Under the pieces are notes generated by a model that was not told the DNA's origin, did no database searches, and was given only the letters and a program-made list of their open reading frames with translations. Shown here piece by piece: positions 21,718 to 30,109 of a stretch of 32,000 bases of DNA. Location of the stretch: positions 147,569 through 179,568 of the forward strand of contig NZ_JACHCC010000012.1 in NCBI RefSeq assembly GCF_014207135.1, given 5' to 3'. This DNA is from Pedobacter cryoconitis. Its GTDB lineage: Bacteria; Bacteroidota; Bacteroidia; Sphingobacteriales; Sphingobacteriaceae. Each line of letters begins with the position of its first letter. Position 1 is the first letter of the stretch. A program made the position numbers and the translations under genes.

Positions 21718-22602
21718 ATGAAAACAAAAAGCTTAATTATCCTGACTATCAGCACTCTTCTACTGATGAGTGTCACCTTGTATGCTAAAGCCGATCCAGC
21801 TGCCTTTCAGGTAAAGGTGACCGGTAAAGGCCAGCCTATGTTATTTATCCCTGGTGCTACCTGCAGTGGCGAGGAATGGAAAGAAACCGTTGCACGTTAC
21901 AGTAACCATTATCAATGTCATGTTTTTACACTGGCTGGTTACGCGGGTGCTGCACCGGTAGAGTCAAAAGATTACCTGGATACCTATAAAACCGAAATCA
22001 TTAAATACATCCGGGACAAAAAACTGAATAAAGTAATTCTGGTCGGTCATTCGATCGGTGGTTTTTTGTCACTTTGTATCGCTTCGGAAATGCATGACCA
22101 CCTGGAAAGAGTAATTATAGTAGATGCAATGCCCTTTTTTGCAGCAGCGTTTAACCCGAATGCCAAAGCCGGATTTAATGAAGAAATGGCTAAAAATATG
22201 CTGGCAGGTTATGATAAAATGGATACGGAGAAACTGAGATCCAGTCAGCGGGGTATAGCTAAGTATTTATGTGCCGATTCTACTCAATGGGCAAAAATAG
22301 CAGAATGGGGAGTCCAGTCAGATCACCGGACTATGGCCTATACCATGAGTGAAATGCTTGGAAAAGATATCCGTCAGCAAATCTCATCCATTCAGGTTCC
22401 TGTACTGGTCCTTGCTGCTTTTATGCCAAAACCAGGTTCTCCTTTATTTACCAGCGAACATGTAACTGATATTTTTACCAAACAGTATCAACAATGTAAA
22501 ACCTGCGTCATTCACGTAAGTCCTTCAGCGAAACATTTTATTATGTATGATGCACCTCAGTGGTATTACCAGGAAATTGATACTTTTATTAAAGCGGGCT
22601 AA
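21718..22602 (+). CDS. Secreted alpha/beta-fold hydrolase
   Basis: 294 aa with a signal peptide (LIILTISTLLLMSVTLYAKA). Nucleophile elbow is VILVGHSIGG. The candidate acid is IIVDAMP and the candidate histidine is SAKHFIMYD. Substrate cannot be inferred. Confidence 0.8.
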   Translation: MKTKSLIILTISTLLLMSVTLYAKADPAAFQVKVTGKGQPMLFIPGATCSGEEWKETVARYSNHYQCHVFTLAGYAGAAPVESKDYLDTYKTEIIKYIRDKKLNKVILVGHSIGGFLSLCIASEMHDHLERVIIVDAMPFFAAAFNPNAKAGFNEEMAKNMLAGYDKMDTEKLRSSQRGIAKYLCADSTQWAKIAEWGVQSDHRTMAYTMSEMLGKDIRQQISSIQVPVLVLAAFMPKPGSPLFTSEHVTDIFTKQYQQCKTCVIHVSPSAKHFIMYDAPQWYYQEIDTFIKAG

Positions 22603-22620
22603 ATATCTTAGATCAAACCT

Positions 22621-23130
22621 ATGTTAGCTAAACAGGAAATATTGTTTAATGAGTTGGTTAAAGCACATCATGCCAGTATTTACCGGATCTGCCGGGCATA
22701 TCTTTATGATGTGTCCCATGCGGATGATTTATATCAGGAAATCTTGTTTCAGGTCTGGAAAAGTCTGCAGAATTTTAAAGGGGAATCAAAAGTTGGTACC
22801 TGGATCTATCGTATAGCCGTAAATACAGCAATTAGTTTTAACCTGAAGAACAAAAAACAACAGTTCGAATCCTTACCGGATTTTATCCAGGTACCATATG
22901 AAGAAACACTTCAGCAAAAACAGGAGCAGGAAACCCAGCTGGATCAGCTGCGTTACTGTATCAGTCAGTTGGAAACACCTGACAGGCTGGTAATTTCTTT
23001 AGTACTGGAGGATAAAAGTTATAAGGAAATTGCAGAAATCACAGGAACTAATATTAACAATGTGGGGGTTAAGATTAACCGTATCAAAGCGCGTTTAGTT
23101 AAACTCATGGAAAATAGAAAAGGAATATGA
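22621..23130 (+). CDS. ECF-type RNA polymerase sigma-70 family factor
   Basis: 169 aa. Region 2 is HADDLYQEILFQVWKSLQNFKGESKVGTWIYRIAVNTAISF. Region 4 HTH is LEDKSYKEIAEITGTNINNVGVKINRIKARL. Starts 18 nt after the hydrolase gene. Confidence 0.88.
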   Translation: MLAKQEILFNELVKAHHASIYRICRAYLYDVSHADDLYQEILFQVWKSLQNFKGESKVGTWIYRIAVNTAISFNLKNKKQQFESLPDFIQVPYEETLQQKQEQETQLDQLRYCISQLETPDRLVISLVLEDKSYKEIAEITGTNINNVGVKINRIKARLVKLMENRKGI

Positions 23131-23729
23131 ATTTTGAAGATCTGCAGAAAAGCTGGCAAGGTCAGCCTGTAAATGTCATCACAGATACCAGTAAACTCAA
23201 ATCTTCTCTGCAAACCAGGTGGGAGAAGTATCAGTCTAAGCTGTTTAAACAAAAGGTGTATGGAAGTATTTTGCTCCTGGTTACACTGGTTGGAATCGGA
23301 TGGGTTTATCTTGCCTTTCACGAGCTGTTCAGATGGCCCTTTACTGTAAGTATTGCTGCGATGTATGCTTTAATACTGGTTTATATTTTTGTAAGCTGGA
23401 AAAGTTATGCGTTTAAAAAAGAAAATCTGGAGAGCTCCAGTGCAGGATATATCAGTTATCAGCTGGATAAATTAAAGTGGCAACGCAAAACGGTTACTTT
23501 ATACACCTGGATTTACCTGGTTTTACTATGGCTATCTCTGGTGATGTATATATCAGAAGTCGCGGCTAAAGGAACGGTCTTTTTTCAGTGTATGGCTGTA
23601 CTGGTTGTTACAACTTACATTCTGGGTGTACACTTGTGGTACAGATATAAAAAGCAAAAGAAAGTGCTTTCTGAAATTGATGAAATGACTGCTGATCTGC
23701 AACAGATCAGGCAAGAGTTAACGGATTAA
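23127..23729 (+). CDS. Four-TM membrane protein, possible cognate anti-sigma factor
   Basis: 200 aa. Its start overlaps the sigma gene stop (ATGA at 23127..23130). A short cytoplasmic N-terminus of about 45 aa (MNFEDLQKSWQGQPVNV...) is followed by four hydrophobic helices and a charged C-terminal helix. There is no HxxxCxxC zinc motif, so the anti-sigma role rests on position only. Confidence 0.45.
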   Translation: MNFEDLQKSWQGQPVNVITDTSKLKSSLQTRWEKYQSKLFKQKVYGSILLLVTLVGIGWVYLAFHELFRWPFTVSIAAMYALILVYIFVSWKSYAFKKENLESSSAGYISYQLDKLKWQRKTVTLYTWIYLVLLWLSLVMYISEVAAKGTVFFQCMAVLVVTTYILGVHLWYRYKKQKKVLSEIDEMTADLQQIRQELTD

Positions 23730-23789
23730 ACCTGATGCTCCCGCCAAACGGAAAAATTTGACGGGTAGCCAGATTTATAGCGGTGGCCA

Positions 23790-24632
23790 TCAGAAGGCTG
23801 TTGAGGTAATCAACTCCTTCAGACTTTCAAGGTTTCCCTTTACTGCATCCATTTTTTGATAAGCCAGATCATAGGCATCCTGGCCCAGGAAAAGATGTAA
23901 AGGAGGATTGGGCTCGGTAGCTACCTGAATAATAGCTGCTGCGGCTTTTTCAGGATCTCCCTGCTGGTTGCCGTCAATCAGGTTCTGATGCTGATCCTGT
24001 GATTCGCGAACTGATTGGTAAGCATCTATCTGATGTTTCGGTACATTTAAAGAATCTGTAGACAAGAAACTAGTGCGGAAATATCCTGGTGAAACTATAG
24101 TCGCATGAATGCCAAAAGGTTCGGCTTCGGCGGCTAAGGCCTCAGTGAAACCCTGAACTGCAAACTTTGTCGCACAATAGATTCCAAATCCCGGGAAATA
24201 ACCTGTAAAACCACCTATTGAAGAGATATTAAAAATGTGTCCGGACAACTGTCTGCGCAAATGCGGCATGACCTTGCGGATTACATTTAATGAGCCGAAT
24301 ACATTGATGTCAAAATTTGCCCTTGCTTCTTCGTCACTCAATTCTTCCAGACTGCCTGCCAATCCGTAACCAGCGTTGTTCACCACGACATCTATACGGC
24401 CGAATTGTTGAATTGTTTGGGCAATGGCCTTTCCGACACTATCTTCAGATCTCAGGTCGACATTTAAAGGCAGGTAGTTCGCAGAAGGTTTTGCATCGGC
24501 ACCTTCATTGAGCTCTTCGATACTTCTGGAGGTCGCAGCCACCTGGTGACCCTGATCCAGTAATTGTTTGATTAAGGCAAGACCAAGACCTTTGGAGGCT
24601 CCGGTTACAAACCATACTTTTTGATTATCCAT
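23790..24632 (-). CDS. SDR-family NAD(P)-dependent oxidoreductase
   Basis: The track start 24653 is TTG; ATG 24632 gives MDNQKVWFVTGASKGLG (TGxxxGxG cofactor motif). NNAG and the catalytic S...YCATK (YxxxK) are present. Convergent with the preceding membrane-protein gene. Confidence 0.9.
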   Translation of the reverse strand: MDNQKVWFVTGASKGLGLALIKQLLDQGHQVAATSRSIEELNEGADAKPSANYLPLNVDLRSEDSVGKAIAQTIQQFGRIDVVVNNAGYGLAGSLEELSDEEARANFDINVFGSLNVIRKVMPHLRRQLSGHIFNISSIGGFTGYFPGFGIYCATKFAVQGFTEALAAEAEPFGIHATIVSPGYFRTSFLSTDSLNVPKHQIDAYQSVRESQDQHQNLIDGNQQGDPEKAAAAIIQVATEPNPPLHLFLGQDAYDLAYQKMDAVKGNLESLKELITSTAF

Positions 24633-24815
24633 TTTGATTTTTTTATAATACAAATGTATCTCAAAGCAACAGGCAGGTGTTTACATAATTCAAGCCATTA
24701 ATTGCAAAATTCAAACCATCAGGTTAGGAGTCTGTTTAAGAGCCTGCTTAAAATTCAGAATCTTTTTCCAATGATCACCGAATAGCACCGCAAATTCATA
24801 TATTCAAATCGATTT

Positions 24816-25367
24816 ATGATTTCGGGAGAAGATGATAGAAATTATTGGGAACAAATGCGGCTTGGTGACCAGGACGCTTTGTTTGGTTTGTATAATAACC
24901 AGTATTTTCATTTAATCCGTTTTGGTCTGAAAATCAATCCTGATGATGAGCTGGTAAAAGACTGTGTAAATCAGGTTTTTCTGAATCTCTGGGATAAAAG
25001 AGCGAAGCTGAACCCGGTGGAAAACGTAAAATCATATCTGATGACATCGCTTAAAAGATGTATGCTCGATCAGCTGGCCTATATTGACCGGACAAATCAC
25101 GCCCTTCATCAAATGGGTGAAACCAGCGAATCCAATGAGCTTTCCTATGAGGAGATCATGATTGGTGTACAGCAGGATGAAGAGCTGAAAAATAAATTGA
25201 AAATCGCAATCGGACAACTTACGCCAAGACAGTTTGAACTGATTCAGCTTAAATTTTTTGAGGGACTCAGTTATGACCAGATCGCAGAGCGAACTTCTCA
25301 GACGGTAAAAACCGCTTATAATACGGTTTACGACGCTATCAAAACACTTCGGAAGATCCTTAAGTAA
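24816..25367 (+). CDS. ECF sigma factor (FecI-like, PUL-associated)
   Basis: 183 aa. Region 2 is DELVKDCVNQVFLNLWDKRAKL...VKSYLMTSLKRCMLD. Region 4 is LKFFEGLSYDQIAERTSQTVKTAYNTVYDAIKTLRKIL. A FecR-type gene and an STN-domain SusC follow. Confidence 0.88.
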   Translation: MISGEDDRNYWEQMRLGDQDALFGLYNNQYFHLIRFGLKINPDDELVKDCVNQVFLNLWDKRAKLNPVENVKSYLMTSLKRCMLDQLAYIDRTNHALHQMGETSESNELSYEEIMIGVQQDEELKNKLKIAIGQLTPRQFELIQLKFFEGLSYDQIAERTSQTVKTAYNTVYDAIKTLRKILK

Positions 25368-25433
25368 TGGTCGGGGAAATCCCACCATCGGACTGTGTTA
25401 TAACTATGCTGAGGCCACGTTTTCCCTAAGGCA

Positions 25434-25477
25434 AAAGGTGGCCTGAACGTGGGGTAATGGTGGCCTAATGGTGGCCT
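25434..25477 (+). repeat. Three phased direct repeats AAWGGTGGCCT in the sigma/anti-sigma spacer
   Basis: aaaggtggcct at 25434..25444, aatggtggcct at 25456..25466 and aatggtggcct at 25467..25477. The last two are a perfect tandem, and the offsets are 22 and 11 bp. An inverted partial copy, gaggccac at 25411..25418, is the exact complement of gtggcctc at 25471..25478. Confidence 0.6.
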
Positions 25478-25580
25478 CATCTCGAACAGTACCCAGAGCT
25501 CCTGTTTTTTATTTGAAAAAAACATCAGATTTCCTTAGGAAAAATCTCCTGTTTCTCCGTCTGTAAGATAAAAAGAAGAT

Positions 25581-26672
25581 ATGATGTTTCCGGAAAATGA
25601 TTTTTTAACAGAAGAATTGATTTGTAATGAGTCTTTTCAGGACTATTGTCTGGGAAAAAGTCTGGAAAATCATGTTTTATGGGAAAACTGGATTAGTGCC
25701 CGTCCTGAAAGAGCTGCTGATATTGAAAATGCCAAACAATTAGTCAATATACTTGCCGTCAAACAAGGTAGCAGATTGGAACAGGTAAAAGAACTGAAAT
25801 CGGGACTTTTACAAAAAGCATCCTTTCAGCATTTACTGACCAGGAACGATCAACTGAAAATACCAGTTCAGATCCGTCCACGTTTTTATAAATACAGTGG
25901 TATTGCAGCTGCAATTGTGTTTTTACTGGGGTCTTTGTTTTTTATGCTGCATCGTAACTTAACGGTGAAAGAGAGTCAGTCTGCAAGTGCATCTTATTTT
26001 GCCTCCGGGAACCAACCTCGAAAAACAATTGTGCTGGCCGATGGGACGGTAATTACCCTAAACAAACACAGTGAAATCCGTTTGGCAGCTAATTTCAGTC
26101 CGGCGCAGAGAGAATTATGGCTGAGTGGCGAAGCATTTTTTGAAGTCAGACATGATGCCGCTCATCCCTTTACTGTACATACTTCATGGAATGATATCAG
26201 AGTGTTAGGTACAAGTTTTAATGTCAAAGCTTATCCTCGGACCAGTGCTATTGAAACGTCCCTGATCCGTGGTAGTGTTCAGGTTGTCTCAAAGCAACAT
26301 CCGGGTTATTCCGTTCTATTAAAACCTGATCAGAAACTGGTCTACCGGAACCTGCCGGCAGGTCAGCAGGCAGATCTTAAAAAGATATTTGCCGTATCCG
26401 TGTTGCATGGAGCTCATCCGGCTCACAGTACTGAAGAAACGGCATGGGTACAAAACCGGATGACCATTGATAACGAGCCATTTGCAGAAGTTGCAGCGAA
26501 ACTTCAGCGCTGGTATGGAATCGAAATCGTCATTCAGGACGAACTGGTGAAAAATTACCGGTATTCCGGAACCTTTGAAAATGAGAGTATTACCAAAACT
26601 CTTGAGGCCCTGCAGGTTGCTTATCCTTTTGAGTTTAAAGTTGAACAAAACAGGATAGTCATCAATAAATAA
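25581..26672 (+). CDS. FecR-family transmembrane anti-sigma factor
   Basis: 363 aa. The N-terminal cytoplasmic anti-sigma region is followed by a single TM helix (YSGIAAAIVFLLGSLFFML). The periplasmic FecR domain has ILADGTVITLNKHSEIRL, WLSGEAFFEVRHDAAHPFTVHT and IRVLGTSFNVKAY. The C-terminal DUF4974-like part has FENESITKTLEAL. This arrangement is typical of Bacteroidota trans-envelope signalling PULs. Confidence 0.9.
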   Translation: MMFPENDFLTEELICNESFQDYCLGKSLENHVLWENWISARPERAADIENAKQLVNILAVKQGSRLEQVKELKSGLLQKASFQHLLTRNDQLKIPVQIRPRFYKYSGIAAAIVFLLGSLFFMLHRNLTVKESQSASASYFASGNQPRKTIVLADGTVITLNKHSEIRLAANFSPAQRELWLSGEAFFEVRHDAAHPFTVHTSWNDIRVLGTSFNVKAYPRTSAIETSLIRGSVQVVSKQHPGYSVLLKPDQKLVYRNLPAGQQADLKKIFAVSVLHGAHPAHSTEETAWVQNRMTIDNEPFAEVAAKLQRWYGIEIVIQDELVKNYRYSGTFENESITKTLEALQVAYPFEFKVEQNRIVINK

Positions 26673-26736
26673 GCAGCGGACCACAATAAGCTAACCACCA
26701 ATACAATTTATATCAACAAACCTTAAACCAACCAAT

Positions 26737-29700
26737 ATGAGAAAAACCTTACTTCTTACGCAGTCTGGTAAGTTTTTAGTCAGCAGCAGAATGTTGCTGC
26801 TGACTAAACTTACCGGCTTTATCTTACTGATTATGTGTATGCAGGTCTCCGCTTCGGGATTTGCACAGCAGAAAATCAGTATTACGGCAGAGCATACCAG
26901 CATCCGTAATTTATTAAAGACAATCGAAAAACAGACGGATTACCGCTTTGTTTATAGTGACCGCATCTTATCAGGTGATGAAAAAGCTTCTTTAAATGTG
27001 CATGATGTTTCGCTGGATGAGGCTATGCAACTGATCTTAAAACAGACAAACCTGACCTATATGCTTAAAGAAAGTAACCTGGTCGTTATTTATTCAGGGA
27101 AAAAAGGGCAGGACATTGTTGTTTCAGGTCGTGTAGCAGATGAAACTGGTTTGCCAATACCTGGTGTCTCTGTCCGGTTAAGCGGCACATCGGTCATAAC
27201 CAGTACAGATAGTGAGGGGAAATTTTCCATCCGTGTTCCCGATCATTCGGCTATGCTCGAATTTTCTTATGTAGGTTATGTCAGACAAGTAGTTGCTGCC
27301 AGCGGGAATGTCCTGCAGATTGTGCTCAAAACGGACAACAGAAATTTACAGGAGGTGGTTGTCACTGGTTATACCAATTATAAACGGACTCAGTCTGCCA
27401 GTGCAGCAACTTTAGTTTCTGCCGATAAAATTAACGATGTACCGGCACTGACTTTTGACCAGATCCTGCAGGGGCGTGTAGCCGGAATGAGTGTGATATC
27501 CAGTTCCGGTCAGCCTGGACAGAGTGCAGCAGTGGTTATTCGTGGGGTAGGTAGTATCAATGGTTCTACAGATCCTTTATACATTATGGATGGAACACCG
27601 ATTGAAGCCAGTTATTTTCAGACGATTAATTCGGCTGATATTGAAAATGTAACGGTATTAAAAGATGCCTCTGCAAAAGCACTTTATGGGTCAAGGGGAT
27701 CTAATGGTGTAATCCTGATTACCAGTAAAAGAGGAAAATCGGGTAAAATACAGGTTCAGTATACCTCTCAATATGGTTTTTCTAAACTGACTGAACCCAA
27801 ATTCACGATGATGAATACCACGCAAAGACTTGCTTTTGAAGAAGGTGTCGGCGTAGATTTTGGAAGAACACTCGGGCCGGGATGGACTTATTCTCCGAAA
27901 AATCCTGATTATATTTCTGGTACAGCTGCTTTCAGACAAACCGCAGATCATATTCTGGATAGCCTGAGACATATCAATATTGACTGGAGAGATGAGTTTT
28001 ACCAGCAAAGTAAATTCCAGGAACAGCAGGTGAGTGTGAGCGGAGGAAATGAAAATGTCCGGTTTTATAATTCCCTGAACTATTATAAACAGGATGGTAT
28101 TGCCAGACGTACCGGTCTGGAAAGATATGCACTGAAAAGTAACCTTGATTTTAAATCAGATAAATTTTCCGGAAATGTCAACCTGAATATTGGTTATTCT
28201 AACCAGAGTTTCACTGAAGGGGAAGGCAGCAGCAGGGGTGGGACAGCTATGTCGGCTGTTTATTATGCCTTGCCTTATGAAAATCCTTATGCACCCGATG
28301 GTACTTTGATTCATCCGGGGAACCAGGATAAATACTTCATCCTGGATCAGCGCGAAGGCAGTCAGGCACTGGAACGTTTACTGAATTCTTCAAGTAAAAC
28401 TGACCAGTTAAAATCTATTATTGGGGTGGGCCTGGCTTATCAGTTATTGCCAGAGCTGAAAATTACCACCAAAGCCGGAATAGACTATAGAAATTCAACT
28501 GACCAGGCTTATATCAATCCCGACTCTTATTACGGGTCAATCAATAATTCCAATACGCTTGGCGGAAAAGGAAGATTTGATGAAGGTACCCGGAGAAATT
28601 TCAATATCAGTTCTACTACAGGGTTGACATATGCTAAAACATTTAATCAGAAACACGATTTTGAAGCTTCTGCTTTTTATGAATACAACTATAATAACTA
28701 TAATGCTTTTGGTTTCTCGGGCTTTGGTTTAGACGGCCGTCTGCCGGAAACACCGGCAGGAATTACCAATAGTGCAGATTACCTGCCTAACGTAAATGGT
28801 TCAAAAACAAGCAGTGCCCTGGCCTCATTTATGGGCGTGGCAAGATATACCTATGATAACAGGTATACACTGACCGGAAGCTATCGTTATGATGGTTCTA
28901 CCAAGGTGGCTCCTCAAAACAAATGGCGCGGGTTTTACTCTGCCGGAGCTAACTGGAATGCGAAAAATGAGGTTTTTCTAAAGCAGAATGAGCTGATCTC
29001 AGATTTGAGTTTCAGAGTGAGTTACGGTACTTCAGCGAGTCCTTTCGGAACAGGCGATTTCCTGTATCTTCCAGCCTATAGCACTAATGTAAGTTATGGA
29101 GGGGCACCAGGGATCAGCCCTACTGCTGCGGGCAACCCTAATTTTGACTGGGAATATGTTAAAGAATTCAATACAGGTTTTGACCTGACTTTATTTAAAA
29201 GCCGCAGATTACGCTTATCGGCCGATTATTATAACAAAATTACCAACAACATGTTCATCGATCAGCCGCCTTCGGCTACTTCCGGATTTTCTGTGCTGAG
29301 TTTAAGTACGGGTAAGATGAGAAACAGAGGTGTTGAATTTGACCTGAGCGGTGATGTGATCAAAACCAGGGATTTTACCTGGACGCTGGGCGTGAATGCA
29401 GGTTATAATAAAAATGTAGTGTTGCACGTATCAGATGTGGCTGATTCTTATCCGGATGGTGATACAAGGATTTTACAGGTAGGTTTACCTTATGGATCAT
29501 ATTATGCGCCACAATGGGCAGGGGTCAATCCGCAGACAGGCGAGGCGCAGTATTACAATAAGGATGGCAGCATTACCACCACCTACAATTCCAATACGCA
29601 GAGTGTGGCTAAATCAGGCAGTTTATATCCTTCCTTTACCGGTGGTTTTAATACAAGTTTAAGCTGGAAAGGAATTACCGCCAGTGCCTTGTTCTCTTTT

Positions 29701-30099
29701 GTATCCGGGGTATCCAGATGGAATAATGAAGATTTTTATAATGAAAATCAGCGTTATGCGACCAGTAATCAGTCGATCAGAATGCTGGATGACCGGTGGA
29801 TGAAACCAGGCGATGTGAAAACCCTGCAACGTTTTGACATTCCAAGGAATTTCACTTCCAAAGATATTCAGGATGCTTCGTTCCTGAGACTCAGAAACGT
29901 GAATATCAGTTATACCTTACCTAAGGCTTTATTGGAAAAGATCAAAGTGGTTAAAAATTTAAAGGTTTTTGTACAGGGCCAGAACCTGGTGACCTGGACT
30001 AAATGGAGAGGGCTTGATCCTGAAAATAACGGAGTGGCCGGGCTTTTCCAGTATCCTAATGCAAGAACATATACTGCGGGAATTAGTGTTAACTTTTAA
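26737..30099 (+). CDS. susC: SusC/RagA-family TonB-dependent transporter with N-terminal STN signalling domain
   Basis: 1120 aa (1102 if translation starts at ATG 26791). Signal peptide is LTGFILLIMCMQVSASGFAQQ. The STN/secretin-TonB N-terminal domain is ISITAEHTSIRNLLKTIEKQTDYRFVYSDRIL...VSLDEAMQLILKQTNLTYMLKESNLVVI. The carboxypeptidase-regulatory-like domain is VSGRVADETGLPIPGVSVRLSG...DSEGKFSI. The TonB box is QEVVVTGYT and the plug is IENVTVLKDASAKALYGSRGSNGVILITSKRG. The C-terminus is YTAGISVNF. Confidence 0.93.
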   Translation: MRKTLLLTQSGKFLVSSRMLLLTKLTGFILLIMCMQVSASGFAQQKISITAEHTSIRNLLKTIEKQTDYRFVYSDRILSGDEKASLNVHDVSLDEAMQLILKQTNLTYMLKESNLVVIYSGKKGQDIVVSGRVADETGLPIPGVSVRLSGTSVITSTDSEGKFSIRVPDHSAMLEFSYVGYVRQVVAASGNVLQIVLKTDNRNLQEVVVTGYTNYKRTQSASAATLVSADKINDVPALTFDQILQGRVAGMSVISSSGQPGQSAAVVIRGVGSINGSTDPLYIMDGTPIEASYFQTINSADIENVTVLKDASAKALYGSRGSNGVILITSKRGKSGKIQVQYTSQYGFSKLTEPKFTMMNTTQRLAFEEGVGVDFGRTLGPGWTYSPKNPDYISGTAAFRQTADHILDSLRHINIDWRDEFYQQSKFQEQQVSVSGGNENVRFYNSLNYYKQDGIARRTGLERYALKSNLDFKSDKFSGNVNLNIGYSNQSFTEGEGSSRGGTAMSAVYYALPYENPYAPDGTLIHPGNQDKYFILDQREGSQALERLLNSSSKTDQLKSIIGVGLAYQLLPELKITTKAGIDYRNSTDQAYINPDSYYGSINNSNTLGGKGRFDEGTRRNFNISSTTGLTYAKTFNQKHDFEASAFYEYNYNNYNAFGFSGFGLDGRLPETPAGITNSADYLPNVNGSKTSSALASFMGVARYTYDNRYTLTGSYRYDGSTKVAPQNKWRGFYSAGANWNAKNEVFLKQNELISDLSFRVSYGTSASPFGTGDFLYLPAYSTNVSYGGAPGISPTAAGNPNFDWEYVKEFNTGFDLTLFKSRRLRLSADYYNKITNNMFIDQPPSATSGFSVLSLSTGKMRNRGVEFDLSGDVIKTRDFTWTLGVNAGYNKNVVLHVSDVADSYPDGDTRILQVGLPYGSYYAPQWAGVNPQTGEAQYYNKDGSITTTYNSNTQSVAKSGSLYPSFTGGFNTSLSWKGITASALFSFVSGVSRWNNEDFYNENQRYATSNQSIRMLDDRWMKPGDVKTLQRFDIPRNFTSKDIQDASFLRLRNVNISYTLPKALLEKIKVVKNLKVFVQGQNLVTWTKWRGLDPENNGVAGLFQYPNARTYTAGISVNF
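26775..26808 (+). other. Perfect inverted repeat (14-bp stem, 6-nt loop) at the 5' end of susC-2, with an ATG in the loop
   Basis: The left arm tttagtcagcagca (26775..26788) is the exact reverse complement of the right arm tgctgctgactaaa (26795..26808). The loop gaatgt (26789..26794) contains ATG 26791..26793, the in-frame alternative start (codon 19 of the track ORF). No U-run follows on either strand. Confidence 0.7.
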
Positions 30100-30109
30100 A
30101 ATTACGACC

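Noticed and set aside
23730-23789. Possible bidirectional terminator between the convergent membrane-protein and SDR genes
   Set aside because: Only 3-4 bp complementary arms (cccg...cggg) with a long loop and no adjacent T/A runs. This is too weak to call.
25434-25477. Possibility that the 11-bp tandem repeats are a degenerate CRISPR array
   Set aside because: The repeats are only 11 bp, with spacers of 0 and 11 bp and only three copies, and no cas genes are present. This does not fit CRISPR architecture.
25032-25525. Antisense ORFs 25032..25388 (118 aa) and 25328..25525 (65 aa) over the ECF sigma gene and spacer
   Set aside because: The first is a shadow of the sigma gene. The second owes its length to the G/C-rich repeats (its RPP/GHH-rich translation reflects the repeat sequence) and has no start context or homology signal.
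25367-25566. Mini-ORFs in the sigma/anti-sigma spacer: 20 codons from ATG 25367 (TAATG overlap with the sigma stop), MVA-stop at 25457, and 32 codons from ATG 25468
   Set aside because: The ATGs arise from the AATGG repeat itself. The ORFs are short, lack any supporting signal and cannot be told apart from chance. A leader-peptide role is conceivable, but nothing visible here supports it.
26319-26903. Antisense ORFs 26319..26684 (121 aa) and 26691..26903 (70 aa)
   Set aside because: They lie opposite the FecR 3' end and the susC-2 5' end. They have no recognisable features and are better explained as shadow ORFs. An antisense RNA here is possible, but it would be non-coding.
30014-30109. N-terminal extensions created by TTG or upstream starts in the ORF track (30014, and also 6183, 7775, 14250, 17380, 24653)
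   Set aside because: Each extension overlaps the preceding gene or a terminator and precedes an ATG that yields a canonical signal peptide, lipobox or cofactor motif. The internal ATGs (30110, 6270, 7811, 14268, 17383, 24632) were preferred.
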